Positions 50,525 to 62,982 are shown, numbered from the stretch's first letter. The stretch is 64,000 nt of DNA from Stegostoma tigrinum (GCF_030684315.1 NC_081356.1:101227242-101291241), one strand, 5' to 3'. Notes: generated by a model from the letters alone, not told the origin. Made by a program: numbers and translations.

Positions 50525-52428
50525 GCCCTTCAGCCCACAATGTTGTGCCGACCATTGATCCTCATGTATGCACCCTCAAATTTCTGTCACCATATACATG
50601 TCCAGCAGTCTCTTAAATGACCCCAATGACCTTGCTTCCACAACTGCTGCTGGCAACACATTCCATGCTCTCACAACTCTCTGCGTAAAGAACTTGCCTC
50701 TGACATCCCCTCTATACTTTCCACCAACCAGCTTAAAACTATGACCCCTCGTGCTAGCCATTTCTGCCCTGGGAAATAGTCTCTGGCTATCAACTCTATC
50801 TATGCCTCTCATTATCTTGTATACCTCAATTAGGTCCCCTCTCCTCCTCCTTTTCTCCAATGAAAAGAGACCGAGCTCAGTCAACCTCTCTTCATAAGAT
50901 AAGCCCTCCAGTCCAGGCAGCATCCTGGTAAACCTCCTCTGAACCCTCTCCAAAGCATCCACATCTTTCCTATAATAGGGCGCCCAGAACTGGACGCAGT
51001 ATTCCAAGTGCAGTCTAACCAAAGTTTTATAGAGCTGCAACAAGATCTCACGACTCTTAAACTCAATCCCCCTGTTAATGAAAGCCAAAACACCATATGC
51101 TTTCTTAACAACCCTGTCCACTTGGGTGGCCATTTTAAGGGATCTATGTATCTGCACACCAAGATCCCTCTGTTTCTCCACGCTGCCAAGAATCCTATCC
51201 TTAATCCTGTACTCAGCTTTCAAATTCGACCTTCCAAAATGCATCACATCGCATTTATCCAGGTTGAACTCCATCTGCCACCTCTCAGCCCATCTCTGCA
51301 TCCTGTCAATGTCCCGCTGCAGCCTACAACAGCCCTCTACACTGTCAACGACACCTCCGACCTTTGTGTCGTCTGCAAACTTGCTGACCCATCCTTCAAT
51401 TCCCTCGTCCAAGTCATTAATAAAAATTACAAACAGTAGAGGCCCAAGGACAGAGCCCTGTGGAACTCCACTCACCACTGACTTCCAGGCAGAATATTTT
51501 CCTTCTACTACCACTCGCTGTCTTCTGTTGGCCAGCCAATTCTGTATCCAAGCAGCTAAGTTCCCCTGTATCCCATTCCTCCTGACCTTCTGAATGAGCC
51601 TACCATGGGGAACCTTATCAAATGCCTTACTGAAGTCCATATACACCACATCCACAGCTCGACCCTCATCAACTTTTCTAGTCACATCCTCAAAAAACTC
51701 GATAAGGTTTGTAAGGCATGACCTACCCCTCACAAAGCCGTGTTGACTGTATTTGATCAAGCCATGCTCTTCCAGATGGTCATAAATCTTATCCCTCAGA
51801 ATCCTTTCTAACACCTTGCAGACGACAGACGTGAGACTTACCGGTCTATAATTGCCGGGGATTTCCCTATTTCCTTTCTTGAAGAGAGGAATTACATTTG
51901 CCTCTCTCCAGTCCTCAGGTACGACTCCAGTGGAGAGCGAGGATGCAAAGATCTTCGCAAGTGGCGAAGCAATTGCATTTCTCGCTTCCCAAAGCAGCCG
52001 AGGACAAATCTGATCCGGGCCTGGCGACTTGTCAATCTTAATGTTTGACAAAATTTTCAGCACATCAGCTTCCTCTATCTCTATCCATTCCAGCATGCAC
52101 ACCTGCTCTTCAAAGGTTTCATTCACTACAAAGTTGGTTTCTTTCGTAAAGACAGAAGCAAAAAACTCATTTAGGGCTTCCCCTACCTCCTCAGGCTCCA
52201 CACACAAGTTCCCTATGCTATCCCTGATCGGCCCTACTCTTTCTTTGACCATTCTCTTATTCCTCACGTAAGTGTAAAATGCCTTTGTGTTTTCCCGGAT
52301 TCCTTCTGCCAAGCCTTTCTCGTGCCCCCTCCTGGCTCTCCTCAGACCATTTTTGAGCTCCTTCCTTGCCTGCATGTAATCCTCTCTAGCTGAACTTGAC
52401 CCTAGCTTCCTCCACCTTATGTAAGCTA
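50413..52428 (-). mobile_element. Young 5'-truncated CR1 LINE with an uninterrupted RT (ORF 50576-52375, 599 aa)
   Basis: GNYRPVSLTS, QHGF, YMDFSKAFDKVPH, GVPQGSVLGP and FADD with no stops; no endonuclease domain. Confidence 0.96.
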
Positions 52429-54309
52429 CTGTGGTTTGTTTCAGTAACTTTCAGATATCATTATCTGGCTATTATTTCTGCCACTGTGTAGCAGTATATT
52501 GATGACATTAACTTTCTTTTTCTTCAAGAGAAATCTTGAAAAACTTCAATAGGCACTGAAGCTGTAACTAGCTCCAGTATCCACTCAAACGTGTCATTCT
52601 TTTGAAATATCACAGTCTTCATCTTTGTCATAGCATCTACTGACAAACTAATCAATTAATTCTTGTGGCTGTTGCGTATATGACATAAACTCTAACTCTA
52701 AAACATGAATTCTAATGTTTGGTTTCTCACAAAGCTAATTTTCCAATATTTCCAATAGCATAGCAGGATCATTCTGGTCCTCAAGAGGCCTGAATTGTCA
52801 ACACTGTGCAAACTCCATTCCATTGGCCACCTTTATTTTCAGAGCTTGATTATCTGGTTGCAAACAGTCACTGGACTTGAAACTCTGTTTCTCTCTCCTG
52901 AGATGCTGGCAGAACTGCTGAGCTTCTCCAGGATTTTCAGTTGTTGTTTTCAGATTTCGAGCATCCACTTACTATTTTGGTTTCTTTTTACCCTGCCCAG
53001 TGATATTTCTAGCTGCAGCTTCAACATTTTTGTTCCAAATCAAACATTGTAGTTGTAGTTACAGTTATTTCCTTCTTTCTGAGGTCCCTGTGAAGATGTG
53101 TCTTTTGCATAGGTTTCTCGTTTTCTGCCTTTCTCTTTGATTAAAATCACCATGTGCTGTCTTGTGTTTTCTTGTTATTAGTGCCGTAGATTGAATTGCT
53201 TTTATTTGCCATCTATTTCAGTTTTTTGAACATGGTTGCAAAATGAATAATTTTATCGTTATTGATAAATACTAAATTATAGGACTTGAGAAAAAGAGAT
53301 AAAATGTAGAATATAACATAAAAATACATACTATTGCAATGGTCAAATAGTTATAAAATACAGTTCAATGTAGAGAAATGTAAAGCAGTACTTTTTACAA
53401 TTACTGCACTTTTAATGAAGAAACAGAGATCAACAGACATTAATCTTTAAAGATGAGAATGCAGATAAAAAAGGTCACAAATGCAATGGCTTCGAGTTCC
53501 CTCGCTCTGTAACCTCCAGCCTAAGAACCCTCCAAGAAATGTGCATTCTTCAAATGTTAATCCTGGTAGCCATGTCTTCAGCTTTCGAGGCTATCAGCTC
53601 TGGAATTTCCTCCCCGGATCTCTTTCACACTCCTCCATTGATACAAACTTTGAATCAATCATGATCGTGGAGAAGCAGGCTCACAAGCCATATGTTCTAC
53701 TCCTACTCCCATTTCCCTTGTTCTTACGTTACAACCTATATCTTTCACCAAGCTTCAGGTAATCTGATCTTGTACATCATTATAAAGCTCTATATTTTTG
53801 TCAGATAATGTTCCTGTGAAGCTTCTTGTGAGGTTTCACTTAGGGACAGATGCTCTATAAATGTAAGTTGGTCTTAATGTAGGTAATGAATTCCAAAAAT
53901 GAGTGGTGATAAATTTCAATAGTCATAGAATGATACAGGGATGTCTCCCCGACAGTATTCTTTAAGTAACAAATGAGGACCATAGTCATGCATTTAAACA
54001 AATGAGGGAATGATACAGTTGTTTGGCTGGCTAAGATTTTGGTCACCTTGGATGATCCAAGCTATGAAAAAGAATGGCAATCAGCCATTAGAGGCTAGAC
54101 TAAATGTGTCACAAACTGATCGTAAAGGAGAATGAAAGGTCATATTAAAGTCACATGTGAAGAGTTGTTGTCAGCAAATTCCAGGAAGGTTTAGGTAGTG
54201 TCAGGTTTTGTGAACACTTGTATTTTAAGCTGTTTATTTTGTTTCAAGATGCAATGAAGCTGGGACTTTAAAGGATAATTAATTAGCATTTCAAACTGGA
54301 TACAAGGAC

Positions 54310-55465
54310 TCTGTGATTCACTTAAAATGCATAATGGTAAATAAATCCCCAGGACCTAATGAAATGTATTCCAGGTCTTTGTGGGAGGCTATGGAGGAAA
54401 TTGTGGGGCCCCTAGCAGAGATATTTATATCATCAGCAGCCACTGTAGAAGATAGAGGGTGTGGGAAAGGGTTGTTTTTCAGACAACGTGCCTGTGACCA
54501 ACAGTATGTCACAGGGATTGGTGCTGGGTCCCCTGTTGTTTGTCATTTATATAAATGATTTGAACGAGAATTTCAGAGGAATGGTTAGTTAGTTCACCAA
54601 TGACACCAAGATTGGTGGTATACTGGACAGTGAAGCAAGTTATCTAGGAATGCAGCGAGATCCTGAACAGCTAGGCCAGTGGGCTGAGGAACAGCAGGTG
54701 GAGTTTAATTTAGATAAATTCAAGGTGTTGCATTTTCATAAGGCAAACCAAGGCAAGACTTACACAGTCAATGTTAGGGCCTTGAGGAGTGTTTAGAACA
54801 GAGTGATCTAGGGGTACAGGTCCATAGGTCCTTGAAAATGGAGTGACAGGTCAACAGGGCGGTGAAGAATACTTTCAGCATGCTTGCTTTCATTGGTCAG
54901 AGTATTGAGTATAGTAGTTGGGATGTCTTGTTGCAGCAGTTGCAGGCCACATTTGGAGTACTGCATGCAGTTTTGCTACCCTACAAAAGAAAGGATATTA
55001 TTAAACTAGAAAGAGTACAGTCAAGATTTACTAGGTGGCTACCGAGACTGGCAAGTTTGAGTTATAAGGGAAGGTTGGATAGGCTGGGACTTTTTTCCCC
55101 TGGAGCATAGGAGACTGAGGGGTGACCTCATAGACATTTATAAAATCACGAGAGGCATAGGTAAGGTAGATGGCCGACAGCTTTTCTCCATGGTAGGGGA
55201 GTCTAAAACTTGAGGATATAGTGTCCAGAGGGGCAATCTTCTTCACACAGAGGGTGGTGAGTGTCTGGAACAGGCTGTTAGGTGCAGTGGTGGAGGTGAG
55301 TACAATTTCGTCATTTAAGAAGCATTTAAACAGGTATGTGGACGGGATGGGCATGGAGGCATATGGACTAAATGCAGGCAAATGGCACTATTTTAAATTC
55401 TGAAAACTGGGTGGCATGGGTAAATTGGGCCGAAGGGCCTGTTTCCATGCTGTAGAAGTCTGTGA
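54310..55465 (+). mobile_element. Degenerate CR1 3' fragment with an internal deletion
   Basis: KSPGPNEMYSRSLWEA, LERVQSRFTR and FFTQRVVSVWN; GGGCCGAAGGGCCTG stem-loop. Confidence 0.85.
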
Positions 55466-58400
55466 CTCTGCTGCCCTGGAGATGGCTGTGAGAAGGCGAA
55501 AGTCCATTGAGGGCTTTATAGTATTGCTTTACAAGGTATTCTCTTAAAATATGATTGAACCTCACAGTGATTATCAGTCTGCAAAGCTCTGACTGTCAGG
55601 GAAATGAGATTCAGAATATTTACCTTCACTTGGTATATGGGTTCTGGTACAGGACTAATGGGAAGAATATGCTCAGAAAGCAGATTTTGAACTGTTGATG
55701 ACTGTCAACATTAAATATACTTAATCCTACAATAACTTCCACATGATTCTAGCCTAACTGGTTTCAAACAATAGACTTTATGCATAGATGAGTAACAATA
55801 CTGTTGCATTGAAATTGTACTGAAGGTTACATTAAATGACAAGCAATTAATACAACCTGACTCCTCAGCCCATAGTGAGCTGAACTGAACTCTGGGCCAT
55901 CTCCAGTACCCAATATCCCTTGTCACCAGGCAACAACCTATCTCATCTTAGAACCCAGAATCCCCCATCACTGAATAACAGCATCTCTGCACTAGGACCT
56001 AGCAAACCTCTCTCTGCCTGGAGCCCAACACTCCCACACTCTGCCCACGACCCAACAATCCCTCTCCCCCCAGTACCCAACAAGCCCTCTACCCCTGGGA
56101 CACAACAACACCCTCTATCACCGGATCTGACAACTCATGTAACCCCAAGACCCTAAAACAGACCCTGCCACTGGACACTATATGATGTCCCCACTCCTGG
56201 GATCTGACACAACCCTCCTCCACTGGAATCTAACAATCTACTTCTCTTCCTTGGACCCAGTGACCCCAGTTACTGCTTGGAATACAGCCTTTACCTTGCC
56301 CAGTGGACCCAGCATTCCAAACTCCTGAAACCGACATCACCTTCACAGACCTACAATCCCCACTTATCTGCAGCTGTACCAATAAACCTGACCGACCTCC
56401 AGATCGAGTGCTCCCAAGAGACCCAGTACCTTCCCTCCTAGAGCGCAGCAGGTGTCTTCCACCCATCCTGGCCTACCCTAAACACTCCAATACTTGCCTG
56501 ACCTCCTTTTTATCTTGCATCCTGGCACCCTGCCCACCTGCTAACCCACCAAGCTGCCACCATACCTACGTGGTACACTACCTGCTAACCACACGGCATC
56601 CTCTGCATCTATCACCCTACCTTCTTTTTGCCCTAAACCATACTTAGCTTGTGTATTTATAATTTCACAGGAGCTGTCAAGAGTGGCTGTCTGTGGTGCT
56701 GAACATTTAAATAAAAATAATATGGCAAGCGACTACTGTAAGAAAGGGCACACCTTTTGCCCTCCCCTGACTATCTTAGACCACAAGAAACCCGACGGAT
56801 TTAAATGATGCTCCAAATTTCTAAAGGAACACAGACTGAAGTCTCCTGTCAGAAATGTGGAGTCTGTCTTCATGTTTTTAAAAAAAGACAGCAGAGTCGT
56901 ATTCCATGGAAAATTTCTGTTTTGAAAAGGACGTAACATTTGCAGTTCTTCACCTCTGTGATGCCACTAATAGAAGTAAGAAGTACTGAATGATTATTGC
57001 TTGGGCTTTTGAAGTTTCCACTGTTATTGTCCTCAGTATTTTGTACTAATGGACATGTTTATTTCAGGTTGTACTGGGACCCAGCAAGATAAATTATGGG
57101 ACCTCAAGACTTGCTAGAGACTTCTGGAACTTGTGTTTTTTTTAAGCTTGAGAGAAATGCTCATAGTTTAAAGGGATGTTGGGTTTCAGTTTTTACTACA
57201 GGTGGAGGCCTCCTATGGAGTCCTTGGAATAAATTGCCATCTACATCTGTACTCCTGGGGAGGGAAGGATATACAGTGAATTAGATTATCTTAGGATGAG
57301 AAGTTAGTGTTAGTTCATGACCAGAAGTATTGGGATAAAGCCCTGAAGCAGTTACTTAAAGCAGAATACAGTGAAGCTTAGGTGGGTGATAGCTCTCGGA
57401 ACAAGCTATCAACTGTTCCAATCTAAAAATTGAAGTCATAAGTGACTTAAACCTAATAGCACTGTATAGTTTGTGTTTTGGGTAATATACATAAGCTGTT
57501 GTTCTTTATTTTAATTTTCAAAGAAGTGTTTGGAATTAATAGAATTACATTTTTATTCTGCATTTAAAAATCCAACTTTTGTTATAAGTCAATGGTTTGA
57601 CATATTCTATTTTATCTTGTTTTAAACAAACTACTGTTTTGTTGTTAAAGCAAAATCTGCAGCACTGCATTTACTATTTATCAAGAGATCACTTTGTTAA
57701 AACCAAACCAAATCTGTCTGGTATCTGATTTGTCCAGTAATATCATCAGCTGTTAACATGGCAGTATTCACATAAATACATTTGTAAACCTAATTCAGAC
57801 CATATTACATGCCATCTTATTCAACCCAGCAACTTCTCCCCTTTGGCTAAGCAGCCTTATTGACCGACCAGCTTGATCTGAAGCTTGGTGTTACATGAAA
57901 TTCCTTGCAGACCATGCTTTGTGTCTGAGTTGCATTGTATTTTGGCTCACCAGGTAGAGGGTCAGTCCTTGTTCTAATCACAATAAACTAGGAGCATACC
58001 ACATCTTTGCGTGAGTTGGTGATATCACAGTAATCTCCAGTGGAATGTAGATGACTGTGGAATTTCCATCTTCCACAACTACCATCGTTGCTCTTCAACT
58101 ACATCAAAGGACCTTGAAAAGGACAGCTGTCAATTCTGAATATGCCTCCCTTTACCCCAATTCATTCTTCAAGTATTTCATCTCACCAGATAAATTTTCT
58201 GAGGATCTTTTTGCCTCATTTTCTTGTAGTTATTTAATTCACCCATGGTTCTTCAGATTCATCTGAGACAAGCACCATCTACAGGCAGTTTTGCTATGAT
58301 GCGTGTTTTGTTAATGCAAATTGGCTATAATGCAATTGATTAAGTGGACACTGGATAATGTGAACTTAATGCTGTACAGATTTAGCAATTTCCCTAATAA

Positions 58401-58824
58401 CATGATCTTCCATGGTGATTTTCTTGAGCACAAGATCACAGCAGAAGAACATAATTATTGTGTTATAGAAGAACTACTTGTATCTTTAAAAAAGTCTCCA
58501 TATTGCTGCTGCAATATTTATAGCATTGTAATGTGGGTTCTGAGGTCTTCATTCACGCTCATACTAAATTTATTGTTATATTAAACAATGATTTTAAATA
58601 GATCACAAACACCCAGCTGTATGGGCTCCACCTTTTCAGCACAACATTAACACGACAATGGGGATTAGTGATATTGCATCTTATCTCAGATGATCAACTA
58701 CATATTTATTTAACTCAATCTGTACACCTATCTCCTTTACTCTGGGTTTGTAAGTATTTTGCAATTCGCATTTTTATTTTTCCTCAGTTCTAACGTAAGA
58801 TTACCGACCTGAAGCATTAACGCT

Positions 58825-58930
58825 GAGCAGGAGCCGACACGGGACTGGTGAGTGAGTGAGGTAATATATTTGTGTGGTTGCGTTACCCGAAACACTACCC
58901 GGGTAGTGTCTCCCACCCATCCTCCTCCTC
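58825..58930 (+). ncRNA. Candidate full-size type I hammerhead-like RNA in the CR1 5' UTR (core variant CUGGUGA)
   Basis: Stem I GGGA/TCCC plus GAGCAGGAG/CTCCTCCTC; stem II GGTAAT/GTTACC; GAAA; stem III ACACTAC-CCGG-GTAGTGT; GTC triplet ending at 58910. Confidence 0.5.
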
Positions 58931-59020
58931 TAACCAAAAAAAAGGTTCTGTATGCCTGATTGGTAAGGTAACAAGTTTATTTTTTATTCTTTATTTTTTA
59001 AGTCTTGGGAATTTAGAATA

Positions 59021-59956
59021 ATGGGAACGGAGGTCAGGGCAGTTGAATGTTCCTCCTGCAGAATGTGGGAGGTAAGGGTCGCCACTAGTGTCCCTGCTGA
59101 CTACATCTGCGGGAAGCGCACCCAACTCCAGCTCCTCGAAAACCGCGTTAGGGAACTGGAGCTGGATGAACTTGGGATCATTCGGGAGGCAGAGGGGGTT
59201 ATTGAGAGGAGTTACAGGGAGTTAGTCACTCCTGAAGTACAGGAAAAAGGCAGATGGGTTACGGTCAGGGGACGGAAAGGGAACTGGCAGGTAGTGCAGG
59301 GATCCCCTGTGGCCATTCCCCTCAACAATAAGTATACCGTTTTGGATACTGTTGGGGGGGACGACTTATCAGGGGAAAGCAGTGGGGCACAGGTCTCTGG
59401 CACAGATTCTGTCCCTGCTGCTCAGAAGGGAAGGGGGAAGAGGAGCAGAGCATTAGTCATTGGGGACTCCATAGTTATGGGGACAGATAGGAGGTTCTGT
59501 GGGGACGAGAGAGACTCACGGTTGGTGTGTTGCCTCCCATGTGCCAGGGTGCGTGATGTCTCTGATCGTGTTTTTGGGATCCTTAAGGGGGAGGGGGAAC
59601 AGCCCCAAGTCGTGGTCCACATTGGCACCAACGACATAGGTAGGAAGAGAGACGGGGATTTAAGGCAGAAATTCAGGGAGCTAGGATGGAAGCTGAGAGC
59701 TAGGACGAACAGAGTTGTTGTCTCTGGTTTGTTGCCCGTGCCACATGCTAGTGAGGCGAGGAATAGGGAGAGAGAGGAGTTGAACACATGGCTACAGGGA
59801 TGGTGCAGGAGGGAGGGTTTTGGATTCTTGGATAATTGGGGCTCTTTCTGGGGTAGGTGGGACCTCTACAAGCAAGATGGTCTTCACCTGAACCAGAGGG
59901 GTACCGATATCCTTGGGAGGAAATTTGCTTAGGCTATTCGGGTGGGTTTAAACTAA
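59021..59956 (+). pseudogene. CR1 ORF1 (CxxC finger, coiled coil, GDSL/SGNH esterase); premature TAG at 59930, probable ancestral stop TAA at 59954-59956
   Basis: CSSCRMW, VIGDSIV, HIGTND and DGLHLN motifs. Confidence 0.9.
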
Positions 59957-62820
59957 TTCAGCAGGGGGATGGGCACCAAAATTGTAGTTCGACTATAGAA
60001 AAGGTTGAGAGTAGGGTGGTCCGAAATAAAGTTTCAGGGAAGCAAGATGGCACCAGCAAGCAAGACGTTGGTTTGAAGTGTGTCTACTTCAATGCCAGGA
60101 GCGTCCGGAATAAGGTGGGTGAACTTGCAGCATGGGCTGATACCTGGAACTTCGATGTTGTGGCCATTTCGGAGACATGGATAGAGCAGCAACAGGAATG
60201 GTTGTTGCAGGTTCCGGGATTTAGATGTTTCAGGAAGAACAGAGAAGATGGTAAAAGGGGCGGCGGTGTGGCATTGTTGGTCAAGGACAGTATTACAGTT
60301 GCAGAAAGGATGTTTGGGGACTCAACAGCTGAGGTTAGAAACAGGAAATTAGAGGTCACCCTGTTGGGAGTTTTCTTTAGGCCTCTGAATAGCTCCAGAG
60401 ATGTAGAGGAAAGGATAGCAAAGATGATTCTCGATAGGAGTGAGAGAGACAGGGTAGTTGTCTTGGGGGACTTCAACTTTCCAAATATTGACTGGGAACA
60501 CTATAGTTCGAGTACTATAGATGGGTCAGTTTTTGTCCAATGTGTGCAGGAGGGCTTCCTGACATAGTATGTAGATAGGCCAACAAGGGGCAAAGCCACA
60601 TTAGATTTGGTACTGGGTAATGAGCCTGGCCAGGTGTTAGATTTGGAAGTAAGTGAGCACTTTGGTGATAGCGATCACAATTCTGTTATGTTTACTTTAG
60701 TGATGGAAAGAGATAGTTGTATACCACTGGGCAAGAGTTATAGCTGGGGGAAAGGCAATTACGATGAGATGAGGCAAGATTTAGGGAGCATAGGATGGGG
60801 AAGGAAACTGCAGGGGATGGGCACATAGAAATGTGGAGCTTATTCAAGGAAAAGCTCCTGTGTGTCCTAGATAAATATGTACCTGTCAGGCAGGGAGGAA
60901 GCTGTAGAGTGCGGGAGCCGTGGTTTACGCAGGAGGTGGAATCTCTGGTCAAGAGGAAGAAGAAGGCTTATGTTAAGATGAGATGTGAAGGCTCAGTTAG
61001 GGCATTTGAGGGCTACGAGGTAGCCAGGAAAGACCTAAAGAGAGAGCTCAGAAGAGCCAGGAGGAGACATGAGAAGTTGCTAGCAGATAGGATCAGGGTA
61101 AACCCTAAGGCTTTCTACAGGTATTTAAGTAATAAAAGAATGACGAAAGTAAGATTAGGCCCAATCAAGGATAGTAGTGGTAAGTTGTGTGTGGAGTCAG
61201 ATGAGTTAGGGGAAGCGCTAAATGAATACTTTTCAACAGTATTCACTCTAGAAAACGACCATGTTGTCAAGGAGAATACTGAGATACAGGCTACTGGATT
61301 AGGTGAGATTGAGGTTCAGAAGGAAGAGGTATTAGCAATCCTTCAGAGGGTGAAGATAGATAAGTCCCCGGGCCGGATGGGATTTATCCTCGGATCCTCT
61401 GGGAAGCCAGGGAGGAGATTGCCGAGCCTTTGGCATTGATCTTTAACTTGTCTGTCTACAGGAATAGTGCCAGATGACTGGAGGATAGCAAATGTGGTTC
61501 CCCTGTTCAAGAAGGGGAGTAGAGACAACCCTGGTAATTATAGACCAGTGAGCCTTACCTCAGTTGTTGGTAAAGTGTTGGAAAAGGTTATAAGGGATAG
61601 GATTTATAATCATCTAGAAAAGAATAAATTGATTAGGGATAGTCAGCACGGTTTTGTGAAGGGAAGGTCGTGCCTCACAAACATTATTGAGTTCTTTGAG
61701 AAGGTGACCAAACAGGTAGATGAGAGTAAACCAGTTGATGTGGTGTATATGGATTTCAGCAAGGCATTCGATAAGGTTCCCCACAGTCAGCTATTGTACA
61801 AAATGCAGAGGAATCGAATTGTGGGAGATATAGCAGTTTGGGTCGGAAATTGGCTTGCTGAAAGAAGACAGAGGGTGGTAGTTCATGGGAAATGTTCATC
61901 CTGGAGACCAGTTACTAGTGGTGTACCGCAAGGGTCGGTGTTGGGTCCACTGCTGTTTGTCATTTTTATAAATGACCTGGATGAGGGCGTAGAAGTATGG
62001 GTTAGTAAATTTGCAGACGACACTAAGGTCGGCGGAGTTGTGGATCGTGACGAAGGATGCTGTAGGTTGCAGAGAGACATAGATAAGCTGCGGAGCTGGA
62101 CTGAGAGGTGGCAAATGGAGTTTAATGCAGACAAGTCTGAGGTGATGCACTTTGGTCGGAGTAACCAGAAGGCAAAGTCCAGGGCTAATGGTGAGATTCT
62201 TAGTAGTGTAGATGAGCAGAGAGATCTCGGTGTCCATGTACACACAGATCCTTGAAAGTTGCCACCCAGGTTGACAGGGCTGTTAAGAAGGCATACAGTG
62301 TTTTAGCTTTTATTAATAGGGGGATCGAGTTCTGGAACCAAGAGGTTATGGTAAAGCTGTACAAAACTCTGGTGCGGCTGCACTTGGAGTATTGTGTACA
62401 GTTCTGGTCACCGCATTATAAGCAGGATGTGGAAGCTTTGGAAAGGGTGCAGAGGAGATTTACTAGGATGCTGCATGGTATGGAGGGAAGGTCTTACGAG
62501 GAAAGGCTGAGGGACTTGAGGCTGTTTTCATTAGAGAAGAAGGTTGAGAGGTGACTTAATTGAAACATATAAAATAATCAGAGGGTTAGATAGGGTGAAT
62601 AGGGAGAGCCTTTTTCCTAGGATGGTGACGGCGAGCACGAGGGAGCATAGCTTTAAATTGGGTGGTGAAAAGATATAGACAGATGTCAGGGGTAGTTTCT
62701 TTACTCAGAGTAGTAAGGGAATGGAATGCTTTGCCTGCAATGGTAGTAGATTCGCCAACTTTAGGTACATTTAAGTCGCCATTGGATAAGCATATGGACG
62801 TATATGGAATAGTGTAGGTT
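59947..62820 (+). pseudogene. CR1 ORF2 (AP endonuclease + RT) with stops and frameshifts
   Basis: YFNARS, ISETW, GGGVAL, GDFNFP, SDHN, YMDFSKAFD and FADD across ORF pieces. Confidence 0.92.
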
Positions 62821-62982
62821 AGATGGGCTTCAGATCGGTATGACAGGTTGGCACAACATCGAGGGCCGAAGGGCCTGTACTGTGCTGTTATGTTCTATGT
62901 TCTAATCGTGTCTCTCTCTCCCTCCCTCCACAGAAACTGCCAGATCTGCATTTTCTCTTGGACTCCACGATTACAGTTTCAT

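Larger units (their letters stand above)
49640..52750 (-). mobile_element. Degenerate Gypsy-like gag/protease remnant, apparently interrupted by a PLE fold-back and a CR1
   Basis: Reverse translation near 49800 reads KVRIDTRATVNIL (protease DTGA-like); extent beyond about 49880 is a guess. Confidence 0.4.
58800..62903 (+). mobile_element. Near full-length CR1 LINE (5' UTR, ORF1, ORF2, 3' stem-loop, (GTTCTAT)n tail); inactivated
   Basis: ORF1 with a zinc finger and SGNH esterase, ORF2 with APE and RT in broken pieces; 5' boundary approximate. Confidence 0.95.

Noticed and set aside
50262-50620. ORFs with (CSVFCVL)n and (RTQNTEH)n repeats, superficially a repeat protein or CRISPR-like array
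   Set aside because: They are translations of the 7-bp CR1 tail; there are no spacers.
55900-56650. C/A-skewed stretch with Pro-rich ORFs
   Set aside because: Low-complexity, probably the interior of an old repeat; no recognisable domain or splice pattern.
57060-57740. Possible solo LTR (similar impressions at about 3640-4200 and 20850-21400)
   Set aside because: Could not define TG..CA ends with a TSD by eye.
38000-58700. A further host gene (for example MARVELD2 exons) in the intergenic region
   Set aside because: No ORF or spliced segment with recognisable host-protein similarity was found; a non-coding or small-exon gene cannot be excluded.
58787-58796. GTTCTAACGT as a TSD partner of GTTCTAATCGT at the CR1 3' end (about 62898-62908)
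   Set aside because: It needs an indel and overlaps the tail repeat unit, so it is too weak to fix the 5' boundary.
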